IMG/VR virus record: IMGVR_UViG_3300038499_000012 | Coordinates: 64,001-120,760 of that record | Strand: one strand, 5' to 3' | Length of the DNA stretch: 56,760 bases | From: a virus | Taxonomy: Duplodnaviria; Heunggongvirae; Uroviricota; Caudoviricetes | Shown: positions 25,317 through 34,819 of the stretch, in pieces | How positions within the stretch are numbered: the first letter of the stretch is position 1 | How the letters are laid out: each line of letters begins with the position of its first letter | Notes under the pieces: model-generated | Told to the model about the DNA's origin: nothing | What the model saw: only the letters and a program-made list of their open reading frames with translations | The model's database searches: none | Position numbers and translations under genes: made by a program

Positions 25317-28300
25317 TTAGATCCTACTCATGGGTCGATTTGGGAGTCGATATACCGCTATAGAGTCGTGATTTCCGCTGATGAATCCTGTAGAATTAGT
25401 AGTCTCGGTCATAAAAGTTCTGCAGAATACTACCAAAACATACTCACCGGTCATGAAGATCGTGCTGGTCGGATCTTTTATTCTGGCCAAGACTGGTAGA
25501 TAAACCTTTCTAGGTATAGCCATCTGCAGACCTTCTACGGACACTTCGAATTGTTCCGAGCATGCAGAATAAAACGGCCGATTCATATTATCTACGGTCA
25601 GGGATGACAGGGTAATAGTATCGCTGAACTTTTTAGGTATGGTAGCCGGCATGCTCACGAATCCGGAATCCACCGAGAAGCTACTGAATCGGAGCTTGTC
25701 GTAATTGCTGAAGAACCCGTCATTCAGTATTGTGGAATTATTAGTAGGTATGAACTCCATAGGATTGCTGTAGGGTTCTCCACCTGATCCACCACTGCCA
25801 AGGGTGGATACATAAACACTCGGAGATACTTCCACAATATCCATAGATACGGATGACGGAAGAGCAATAATGCCTGTACTTGGCAGATATGTGTAGGCTA
25901 TCTGAAGACCATCATTGGCTATATCGTCAGGATTAGGCAGAGCCGTTTGACCAACGAGGACTTGTATAGAAAAAATACCCGTAACTGTGGTCGAAAAGGT
26001 CAGTGTCAATGTACTGGTTCCAAATCCAGAAATCTGAACAGGGTACATAGTAGTTCCCGGACTTTTCCAGCAAACGTACTGTGTCAGGCTTGTGGTTGTT
26101 TCTGTGGTGGAAGCTCCTAAAGCTACTCCACCTAAGACGGGTATAGGGACTGTTGCCGTCGGTAAGATAATATTGGAGCTATAAGCGATAATGGAATTAC
26201 AAAATGTTCTGATCTTCTTATTTCCCGGACTGAAGTTAACGGTGGCACCGTTTCTTACATTATTGTCTCCTATGGCTGACAGCACTCCTGCCACGATCTC
26301 AAGCGTAGCCCCTTCAATAAAGGGGTATCCAGAGACACTATAGACTCTGATCTTATCCGTTACCGTTATGTGATCAATTTTGTAGGAAAATCCCGAAGTA
26401 ATGTTATTAATCTTTGAAACGGAAGTTGCATAAGCAGATCCTGATCCTATAACATACTTTGACACGTCCGAAGAGTCCGCCCCAGGGATGTCAAAATCAA
26501 TTGCAAGGATGTTTGAAGAATCAATCTTTACAGGCGTCCCAGAGCTTGATGCCCGCGTGAAATAATGCAGTTCAACAGTCGAGGCCCGGTACTGCTGATC
26601 CGTACTGGATGAGTCTGCACCAGGATACGCAAGTGCATAACTCTGATATCCAGAAATACCAGAATCCCACTGCTCAATTACTCGATTCTGTGTATCCAAC
26701 ACACCTTGATAAAAGAAATTATTGGAACTTCCAGCACCACTGGTATTTTTTACCAACATAGGTGTAGCTGGAATGTGTGTCAGCGATGAAGTACTGTCTC
26801 GGACCTCGGGCCCAGTTACTAAGTAATCAGTAAGCAAAGGATCCGTCAACTGTGAATTAGCAGACGTGCTGAATACAAACTTTGGCTGGCTACTGCCTAT
26901 GCTTGACCAATACCCCGGTATAGATTTCCCTCCAAATACAGAAGATGTACTCACGTAGGTAGCATTATATTGAACAGGGTTCTGATGATAAAGTCCCGCT
27001 ACCAACGGGAGTGATAGTTCAGTAGGAACCGTTGTGGTAGCTGCTGTAGTATCAAATCTGGTAAGCAAGGAGACTTCAGAAGATATCAAACCATTTACGG
27101 CTTCAGTAAGATTTCCAGGTATCTGTGTCCCGCCATCTGAAGATAAACCAGAGATCCTATCAATCTGAAGGAGTTCTTTACCGAACCGATCTCCTCCTGA
27201 AGAAACATGCCCGAATGTTGTAGATAACTCAGTCTTAGACAGAAGATCAAATCCGGTCTCGAAAAGCTCTGATACCGATGGAATCAAAACTTTCCTACGC
27301 ACATCCAATATATCCCCGTCCACAACCATCGTCGCTGTAAGCAAATCAGGACGAACAAAAGTCCCTGCTACATGCTGCCCGTTAGCATTGGATTGGGCAT
27401 TGAAAGCTTGAATATTACGTCTGTTAACAAAAAACATAGGGATGGCATAGACATACCCATCAACGGTATTCAGACATTTTGCTCTCCACAATCCATAATC
27501 CCCCGTAGTCGATCCCATATTCTGATACGGATACAGACCAGTACCAGGCCCTTCCCCGTATATTGCTGACGACAGCCCGGCTTCAGGATTGGAATCAGGA
27601 TCAACACTTCTGACGACTCGAATCTTGTACTGAAGCTGCACCCTTTTTGTTGTTTCGACCGATGCATCAGGATGTATGGTGTTCTCATTAAGGAAGACGG
27701 AAGTCTCTGTGTTACCTTCCTTGTAGACTCTCTGCACTTCACGAGCTACTATTTCACTCTGCTGAGCTGTCCAGGTAACTCCGCCATCATCTGTATATTG
27801 AATGACAGAGTTTGCACCTGCTATCCAACCCTTACTCTGATCAATAAAACTCCCAGAATAGAGATTATAAGAGGTACCTGATGTTTCTTCTTCCCAGGTA
27901 GCCCCTATGTTATCTGTCCTAAGAATCTTACCATTATCCCCAACAATCCAAGCACGGCCTGAGAATACTGCATTATTTTGCTTGTAGTAATAGGTCACCT
28001 TGACTACATCACAAAGCATAGGCGCTGTCACAAGTCTAATTCTGCCTGCGGCTCCATCCAACACGTCTACCGCGACAACAGTACCATTAACTTTGACTGT
28101 TACATCGGAAGGATCATTACTTGTAGTGCCCTTTCCATCACCTGTCGTAACTGGTGTGTGCACTATAATGAAGGTAAGATTAGTCCCGTTTGCCTGGGAA
28201 CCCACTTCTTCATCTACAACAATGACGTCCAAACTGGGGACCATGACCACGTCATTAAGATTATCGGAAATTGAAGAATAGGAAGATCCATCATAAATAT

Positions 28301-29351
28301 TCCCCGACTGAGAAACCCACGAAGCTCCTCCATCTGAACTTCTGAGTATGGTGCCGTTATTTCCAACAGCAAATCCAAAATTCAAATCATAAAAGAATAT
28401 TGAGTTCAGATTAACCGTAATGCCGCTAATCAGCTGAAGCCAAGTAATACCACCATTAGTCGTCTTGAGAATAGTCCCTGAATCACCAACAGCCCACCCT
28501 ACCAAAGCATCATAAAAATGCACCTTGGTCAGATTTGAAGTTGTACCACTGACCATAGCAAGCCAAGTAACACCATTAGTAGTCCTCAAAATTGTACCGG
28601 AATCGCCAACGGCCCATGCTATCAACTGACTATAAGCATAAACAGACTTAAGATTCTCTGCAGTAGGACTAGTGAGATTTACCCACGTAGATCCAGCGGA
28701 AGATGTGCGAGCTATGACACCATTGTTCCCAACAACCCACCCTATAGAAGATGTTATGAATGATATGCCGTGTAGGTCTCTGGTTGTGTTCACCAACTGC
28801 ACGGTCCAGGTTCTGCCACCATTCTGGGTATTCAGAATCAAACCATTCTGACCACAGGCCCAGCCATTGTTCGAATCATACATCGTAATCCCGTACAGAG
28901 TATCAATGATACTGGCAGGATCAGGTTTATTGATGTTGGTATTAGGATCAAGCAGGGCCCTCCATACCTCTAGAAAAACACCATTTACCAGATTGCCTGT
29001 TGTAGGAGCATCGCCCAGATCTATGATGTTCAGATTATCTGCGGTTGTACTAGTATTCGTGACGTAGACGACCTGGCCATTTACCAAGGCATATTCAGGC
29101 TTGGGGCTGGACGGATCTTGGGTATAGAATTGATTAGCAAGAGCTTTGTCCGTGTGAATAGGGTATAGTGATACCCATCCAGAAGGCATCGTAGTCATCT
29201 GCCTTCGATTGATTTGATTCTGAAGCTGCTGAACGAGGTTCACTTCAGAATCAAGTATCGGTTTCTGTTTCTCAAAAACGACGAGGTCATAATTATACCC
29301 CTCATCGTCATAGACATAAGAAACGGCATTACCTAAATCTTGCGCCATCAT
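25317..29351 (-). CDS. Virion structural protein with an inserted seven-bladed YCF48/BNR-type beta-propeller
   Basis: Seven W-x-x-G-x-x-G-x-I-x-x-T-x-x-G-G-x-x-W-type repeats inside a scaffold shared with 17041..20079. Confidence 0.72.
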   Translation of the reverse strand: MMAQDLGNAVSYVYDDEGYNYDLVVFEKQKPILDSEVNLVQQLQNQINRRQMTTMPSGWVSLYPIHTDKALANQFYTQDPSSPKPEYALVNGQVVYVTNTSTTADNLNIIDLGDAPTTGNLVNGVFLEVWRALLDPNTNINKPDPASIIDTLYGITMYDSNNGWACGQNGLILNTQNGGRTWTVQLVNTTRDLHGISFITSSIGWVVGNNGVIARTSSAGSTWVNLTSPTAENLKSVYAYSQLIAWAVGDSGTILRTTNGVTWLAMVSGTTSNLTKVHFYDALVGWAVGDSGTILKTTNGGITWLQLISGITVNLNSIFFYDLNFGFAVGNNGTILRSSDGGASWVSQSGNIYDGSSYSSISDNLNDVVMVPSLDVIVVDEEVGSQANGTNLTFIIVHTPVTTGDGKGTTSNDPSDVTVKVNGTVVAVDVLDGAAGRIRLVTAPMLCDVVKVTYYYKQNNAVFSGRAWIVGDNGKILRTDNIGATWEEETSGTSYNLYSGSFIDQSKGWIAGANSVIQYTDDGGVTWTAQQSEIVAREVQRVYKEGNTETSVFLNENTIHPDASVETTKRVQLQYKIRVVRSVDPDSNPEAGLSSAIYGEGPGTGLYPYQNMGSTTGDYGLWRAKCLNTVDGYVYAIPMFFVNRRNIQAFNAQSNANGQHVAGTFVRPDLLTATMVVDGDILDVRRKVLIPSVSELFETGFDLLSKTELSTTFGHVSSGGDRFGKELLQIDRISGLSSDGGTQIPGNLTEAVNGLISSEVSLLTRFDTTAATTTVPTELSLPLVAGLYHQNPVQYNATYVSTSSVFGGKSIPGYWSSIGSSQPKFVFSTSANSQLTDPLLTDYLVTGPEVRDSTSSLTHIPATPMLVKNTSGAGSSNNFFYQGVLDTQNRVIEQWDSGISGYQSYALAYPGADSSSTDQQYRASTVELHYFTRASSSGTPVKIDSSNILAIDFDIPGADSSDVSKYVIGSGSAYATSVSKINNITSGFSYKIDHITVTDKIRVYSVSGYPFIEGATLEIVAGVLSAIGDNNVRNGATVNFSPGNKKIRTFCNSIIAYSSNIILPTATVPIPVLGGVALGASTTETTTSLTQYVCWKSPGTTMYPVQISGFGTSTLTLTFSTTVTGIFSIQVLVGQTALPNPDDIANDGLQIAYTYLPSTGIIALPSSVSMDIVEVSPSVYVSTLGSGGSGGEPYSNPMEFIPTNNSTILNDGFFSNYDKLRFSSFSVDSGFVSMPATIPKKFSDTITLSSLTVDNMNRPFYSACSEQFEVSVEGLQMAIPRKVYLPVLARIKDPTSTIFMTGEYVLVVFCRTFMTETTNSTGFISGNHDSIAVYRLPNRPMSRI

Positions 29352-29360
29352 TTACTCCAA

Positions 29361-32300
29361 TCAGAAGGCCTGCTTACTCAACTGTCTCGGCGTATCATAG
29401 GTCACAGAGAAAAATCCAACGGACAAGTACTCCACAGACGCGACATTGATATCGTTTGCCCCCGTCTCGCCTTCAACATAGTAGGCTACTTGATAATTCT
29501 TATCATCAGGTAGCGCCCCGTCTCTTGTGGACACAACGATACGACCGTCATCCCTGATATAGGCCCTTCCCGCTCCACCAGAAACATCCAATGGATCCGA
29601 CTGCAGAACTAAGGGCATATCGTCTTCAAATACACCACGGAACATTGTTTCGGGCCCACCCTTATCTACCGTCTTATAAGTGAGCACTTCCGCAACCGTT
29701 GAATAGGACGTAGCAATACCGCTGTTGTATATCTGAAACTGGGTCTTACCTATATCATCTCTGACTATGAATGATCCATCCGCCTTTGCCATCTTCAAGA
29801 ACGGCAGCGCCACATAATCCACATCACTCACACTACTGATAACTGATACCACATCACTCTGAGTTAAGGACACCCCAATACCCAATTGAGAAACGTAGTT
29901 GGCCACTTCAGTCTGAATTTGTGACGTAAGCTTAGTCAAATTCGTGACGCCGGCCTTTGGTACAACCGTCATCACAAAATCAACATCATTCTCAACAGCC
30001 TGCTTAGCGATAACATCCGCACAGGCATGCTTCATTTCATCGACGGCCGTCTGAACTCTGGACAGCAATGCGTTTGTCGTATAAACTATGGTGAAATTCT
30101 CTTCAGCCACATAATTCACCCACACCTTTTGACCGTTGATTATGGATCCCGACTCGATCATCTTGATCGTAGTGGCTATTCGTTCCGTGCCAGTATTAAC
30201 GGTGTAGTCAACATTCAAGACATATATCACCGTATTATCTGTATTAACCACCTGAATGGATGTAGGATCCGCACCAAGATATTCCAAAGATTCATCAGTA
30301 TCCAAAATCAAAACATGTTCTTCGTCACTGATGGTCTGAAATCCCGTCACAGGGAGATCATTCGCAAATTTTATTTTGAGCCCATCTTGTGCTATCGTAG
30401 AGTTGCCCTCTTCAAGCGGATCCTGCAACCGTACCAATTCATAATTAGCAGTCGTTAAAAGACCTGAAAGCTGACCGGTCACAGATACTATTTCAAGCAC
30501 CGGTTGATGCTCCAGAATGAACGTATCAGAACTCCGGAACTTATAGTCCACCCGAACCACATCCGTCGTTGCAAGACCTATTTGGATGTTGGTTACAATA
30601 TTTTCATCAATATCTACCGTGTCTCCATCACCTATGATTTGCATACCGGTTAAATCATAGTCAGCCCCCCTCGTTGCATTGTGCACTCGGGATACTTCAA
30701 AAATAGGCGTGTGAGCGGTAACACGGGCATTGTTACTCTTGAGTTGAAAAGCCACGGCGCTGATTACTGTAAAGATTTCTCCGGATTGCGTACCCTCTGA
30801 AGCCGTTATGCTCTCAAAAGAGAAAGCTATCTGATCTGTCTCCTGCTGAGTCTGACGTCCTTGAACATAAATATCAACCTTACCGCCTACATGTTCCTTC
30901 CTGATATCATCGTAGTCACGAAGCATCAAGGGGTCGCCGGCTTTTTCCACACGGACATTTCGTATCCCAGATACCGCAAGAACAGTTTTTACGTACCCAC
31001 CTTCAGTACCGGTATCCACGAAAAAAGCCAACTGAATAGACGTAGCAAGATCTTTATTGGACTGTTCATCGGTTCCAAAACTGATAGGATTCTGGTTCTC
31101 AACAGAGAAATCAGTGTCCGTCCCCGATACTATGGTCCTGATCGTATAGGAATCGGTATTGCCTGACGATCCGGCATTATCCGCTGTAACATCTACCTCG
31201 AGCTCATAACGTTTTGACTGAGCATTATAAAAGGCTTCCCGATTCGAGTATTCCAATACCCGGGTCGTGGTAGTCTTATAGTTCATTGCTGGAATACCAG
31301 AATCTAAGTCTCCCAGGGTCGCTACAACAGCCCCCTCATAGACATACAAATCACGTATGGGAGGCGCATCAGTATAAAAAATGACAGTACCTACAGAAGA
31401 CTGAGCACCTTTTCTAAGCACATTAACGTTCGAGGCAAGCTTATCAAATTGATCGTCTATCAGCTGTTGAACATCAGCCGGATCCGTGAATCCCAACGCT
31501 ACCTGAAGAGCCCTCTTCTTAATCGAAGTTTCTACAGGATCACTGACCCCATCCCCGTTAGAATCATCAAAATCCAATAAAGCAGATACGGACAGTGACC
31601 GGGCCATGAAATCCTGAATCACATACATTCGAGCCTGTTCCTCGGATATAGGATCCGTCATGTCCCTTAAAACAGTCCCCGGCTTCGTATCTATGCCAGT
31701 ATCCGCAGCAAGTAATTCTCGACTATAAGTCAGGATAATGTCGTTTTGAGTCCTTGCTGGTAGGTCCTTTATTCCTGTAGTGATAGTTATCGGGGAGCCC
31801 TGCAGCTCCGGAGAGTAGGTACTCTCAGACACAATACCGACTATCGAATCATAAATAACCGCCGTAGAAACGAAGAAGAAAGGTGTATCAGTAGTAAAAG
31901 TTACGGCAGGCAATAAACCTGTCGTGACCATAGCATTGAATATCGTTGCATCAAAAAATGTGGAGTAGTAATAGATTCGGTCTACTTCATCTGTAGTGGT
32001 TGTTACCCGAATCGTCCCTGCAGTATCGACTTTCTGGGATATCTGAGTGACTACATCCTCGTAAAAGGAGTAGGTAGTGATTGGTTGGGAATTGATCTTC
32101 ACGTACTGATTATTGAGACCACCACTTGAAGTATAAACGTAAAAATTGTAGCCTATGACTTGAGGCTCTGAATTTGCCGCACAGATCACTTCAATTTTAT
32201 CTTGATACCTCTTAAGACGTACGCCTGTTGGAGCTGATATTGAAATAAACTGATCGGAAGAAACAAGGGTAATGTTAAGGGTTGCAGGATCGCTATCAAG

Positions 32301-32534
32301 ATTAGTGGTCTTATCTACAGCAATAACCCTTATGGCATTAACACCAAGTACAACAGTACCCGTCCAAGCCCAAACGGTCTCACCAGGGGTATAGGAAACA
32401 CCTTGTGTAGACCCATTGACCTTAACCAGCTTCGAGTCTGTTGAGGTCGTTCCGGAAAGGGTCTGTATTTCCGTATCCGTCGTGTAGTCTAAGCCCCCAG
32501 ACGGAAGAAGTATTTTGGGTGCCGGAATAGCCAT
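29361..32534 (-). CDS. Baseplate J-like wedge protein
   Basis: GTVLRD..DP, FDKLASN.NVLRK.AQ.S.GTVIF, FGTDEQSNKDLA, GTEGGY, GIRNVRV, GGKVDIYVQG. Confidence 0.8.
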   Translation of the reverse strand: MAIPAPKILLPSGGLDYTTDTEIQTLSGTTSTDSKLVKVNGSTQGVSYTPGETVWAWTGTVVLGVNAIRVIAVDKTTNLDSDPATLNITLVSSDQFISISAPTGVRLKRYQDKIEVICAANSEPQVIGYNFYVYTSSGGLNNQYVKINSQPITTYSFYEDVVTQISQKVDTAGTIRVTTTTDEVDRIYYYSTFFDATIFNAMVTTGLLPAVTFTTDTPFFFVSTAVIYDSIVGIVSESTYSPELQGSPITITTGIKDLPARTQNDIILTYSRELLAADTGIDTKPGTVLRDMTDPISEEQARMYVIQDFMARSLSVSALLDFDDSNGDGVSDPVETSIKKRALQVALGFTDPADVQQLIDDQFDKLASNVNVLRKGAQSSVGTVIFYTDAPPIRDLYVYEGAVVATLGDLDSGIPAMNYKTTTTRVLEYSNREAFYNAQSKRYELEVDVTADNAGSSGNTDSYTIRTIVSGTDTDFSVENQNPISFGTDEQSNKDLATSIQLAFFVDTGTEGGYVKTVLAVSGIRNVRVEKAGDPLMLRDYDDIRKEHVGGKVDIYVQGRQTQQETDQIAFSFESITASEGTQSGEIFTVISAVAFQLKSNNARVTAHTPIFEVSRVHNATRGADYDLTGMQIIGDGDTVDIDENIVTNIQIGLATTDVVRVDYKFRSSDTFILEHQPVLEIVSVTGQLSGLLTTANYELVRLQDPLEEGNSTIAQDGLKIKFANDLPVTGFQTISDEEHVLILDTDESLEYLGADPTSIQVVNTDNTVIYVLNVDYTVNTGTERIATTIKMIESGSIINGQKVWVNYVAEENFTIVYTTNALLSRVQTAVDEMKHACADVIAKQAVENDVDFVMTVVPKAGVTNLTKLTSQIQTEVANYVSQLGIGVSLTQSDVVSVISSVSDVDYVALPFLKMAKADGSFIVRDDIGKTQFQIYNSGIATSYSTVAEVLTYKTVDKGGPETMFRGVFEDDMPLVLQSDPLDVSGGAGRAYIRDDGRIVVSTRDGALPDDKNYQVAYYVEGETGANDINVASVEYLSVGFFSVTYDTPRQLSKQAF

Positions 32535-32539
32535 TCAGA

Positions 32540-33265
32540 TTATCCTTCCGCAGTATTCAACAATTGCGTATAGGTCATCGATTTACCGGACTTTGCGGTC
32601 AGAGTAACATCCGCCCTGATAATTGTCGGATCGTTCTCATCCGGATAAACTTCAACATTATCTATGGATGCTAAAGTCTCTCCGTTAGTCATAGGTCTTC
32701 CCGTCAGCTTATATTGACCTTGCATATCCATGAACTTCTGAAGGGTCGTGTTGATCTCCTGCGTAATTTTGGTAGATAGAAAGTCTATATCCGCTATCTT
32801 CTCCCCAAGAAGTCCTACCAACGAAGTCCCTATGAAACTGTGGAAAGGATTACTCCGTATCTGCGTGACAACAAACTTCTCTACATTCTGTAACAGAAGT
32901 TTTTCATCCCTCAGTTCTTTAAGGTCTCCACGAACATCATAGCTTATATCAGTGACCGTTTTTAGCCCTATGCATTTTGGGCAGTATCCTGAGTATGTGA
33001 CGTAGGTGATTTCGAAGAAGTCGGTAGGAGATCGCCATTTCTTTTTGAAATACACGAGCCGTGTTTGAAATGCATCCGTAGTGCTAGTATCAAAAATGAC
33101 GTTGTACATGGCTTTAGGGACCAAATTTCCCGTAGCATAGACCGAAACATTAGAGGATGCCAGGGGTCTTGCCATTCTCAGAGAATGCTGATCATCGTCC
33201 ATTAGGGAGAGTTCCCTATAGATGCGGTGATTGCATACGGTTATCAGGTTCAGGTCGAAAGACAT
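32540..33265 (-). CDS. gp25-like baseplate wedge / sheath initiator with N-terminal extension
   Basis: C-terminal KLLLQNVEKFVVTQIRSNPFHSFIGTSLVGLLG...ASIDNVEV...IRADVTLTAKSG. Directly upstream of the J-like gene. Confidence 0.7.
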   Translation of the reverse strand: MSFDLNLITVCNHRIYRELSLMDDDQHSLRMARPLASSNVSVYATGNLVPKAMYNVIFDTSTTDAFQTRLVYFKKKWRSPTDFFEITYVTYSGYCPKCIGLKTVTDISYDVRGDLKELRDEKLLLQNVEKFVVTQIRSNPFHSFIGTSLVGLLGEKIADIDFLSTKITQEINTTLQKFMDMQGQYKLTGRPMTNGETLASIDNVEVYPDENDPTIIRADVTLTAKSGKSMTYTQLLNTAEG

Positions 33266-33283
33266 AGGTGAAGGTCATGTCTA

Positions 33284-34819
33284 TTAAGAGATTATTGAGA
33301 TGTATCCGTGCCTGGTCTGCCAGGCTTGGTAGTCGGATACCATCTTACTTTGCTTTGCTTTGTAGTCTGACTCTGATATGAGCCCATTGTATAGTAGAGC
33401 ATCAAGGGCATATGAACAGATCGATATCAATTCTATCATTTTCACAGAGACTCCGTTGGTATACCCATCGACTGAATAGATAGTAGTCTTATTTATGGTG
33501 ATCTGATTTTGGACCTTCCCAAACTCAAGCTGATCTGCGGCATTTAATAATTCAGACGACATCTTTTCCGCAGTCCCATACAAGGACAGCAACTCCCCTA
33601 AAGCCGTATTCAAAGTAACAAAAGGATCTGTAGCCTTAATATCTTCGAGTTGTTTCTGCAATCCCTGCTGGGCCCCAGATTCCGCTTTAGCCTTTTGATT
33701 CATGGCCTCAGTCCTAGCCGCATCCTCCTCAGAACCCTTCCTGTTATCACAAAAAGTCCTATTGCCATGAAGAGCTGATATCATACTGTTGAACTTATTC
33801 GTAGCCGCAGCTATGAAATTGGGGGACCCTAAAGTCGACCACCATTGAGAGGCTTTATCCGTAAAAGCTAACGCCTTCGCAAACGTGCTGGTCTGACCTA
33901 AGAATGAATTGTTTTTTTCAGGAGCTCCTACCGGCACCTGCCTAGAGGTCAAACGTCTAGATACAAACGGATCATTGATGTTCTTGGTCATCTCCTGAAC
34001 ATAAACCTTCACATCATTTTCGAGCTTCTCATTCTCCGTAGTTTTGCGTACCGACCCTAAAAGTCCCTCAATAGAAGTTTTGTTGAGGTCTGATCCAGGG
34101 TTGGTGAAATCCAAAATCAGCTTCCCCGACAATACCCACGGATTCCTCTCAGCAAAAGCCACAAAAGCCTGCTTCAGTCTCTGCAACTGATCTATCACCT
34201 TGGTCATATCCGTGTAACCCATTTTACCATCTACGGTCCGAGAAGCTTTTCGGTACTCACTATGGATTTGCCATAGCATAAACAGCTCTGCAGTCATCCG
34301 TTTTGATATTCTATCCCGTTCCAAATCCTCTTCAGAAGCTGCACCTTTTGCCGCCAATTTTGCATTGATAGTCTCAAGTTTTGCCTTCGTGTACGACAAA
34401 AGGACATCAACCTCAAGAATCTGTGCGGATATCCGGTCATGCTCTTTATTGAGCTCCTGAACTCCTGCCGAAAGTCGTTCTATCTTATTTCTGGCATAAG
34501 TTACTCGCTCATCAGGATCTGGAAATCCTGTATCAAAATTTGCATAGGCTTGTATCGGATCTATAGTCTTGAAGTAATCTGCCTTATGAAGGTTTTCATC
34601 AAAAATCTCCGAAAGTTCCAAGTCTCTACGTATTCTCTGCAAAAATAAAATTTCAGCGGATCGCAGCTCAGAAAGACGACGTTCAAGAGCAATGATAGTT
34701 TTGTTCGCAAATTCCTTAGACGACCTTAGACCCGTAAGGCTGTTCTGCTGTGCTACGCTATTTATAGCGCTGAGCTCTCTTCGTGTAGTTTCAGTGATAC
34801 CCATTTCAACCACCCCCAC
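33284..34819 (-). CDS. Hypothetical coiled-coil protein in the structural operon
   Basis: 511-aa ORF. The likely start is the second Met (34804). Confidence 0.6.
   Translation of the reverse strand: MGVVEMGITETTRRELSAINSVAQQNSLTGLRSSKEFANKTIIALERRLSELRSAEILFLQRIRRDLELSEIFDENLHKADYFKTIDPIQAYANFDTGFPDPDERVTYARNKIERLSAGVQELNKEHDRISAQILEVDVLLSYTKAKLETINAKLAAKGAASEEDLERDRISKRMTAELFMLWQIHSEYRKASRTVDGKMGYTDMTKVIDQLQRLKQAFVAFAERNPWVLSGKLILDFTNPGSDLNKTSIEGLLGSVRKTTENEKLENDVKVYVQEMTKNINDPFVSRRLTSRQVPVGAPEKNNSFLGQTSTFAKALAFTDKASQWWSTLGSPNFIAAATNKFNSMISALHGNRTFCDNRKGSEEDAARTEAMNQKAKAESGAQQGLQKQLEDIKATDPFVTLNTALGELLSLYGTAEKMSSELLNAADQLEFGKVQNQITINKTTIYSVDGYTNGVSVKMIELISICSYALDALLYNGLISESDYKAKQSKMVSDYQAWQTRHGYISIIS

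Noticed and set aside
27760-28930. YCF48/photosystem II assembly factor as an auxiliary metabolic gene
   Set aside because: The repeats are an internal domain of a virion-scaffold paralogue in the baseplate operon, not a stand-alone photosynthesis gene.
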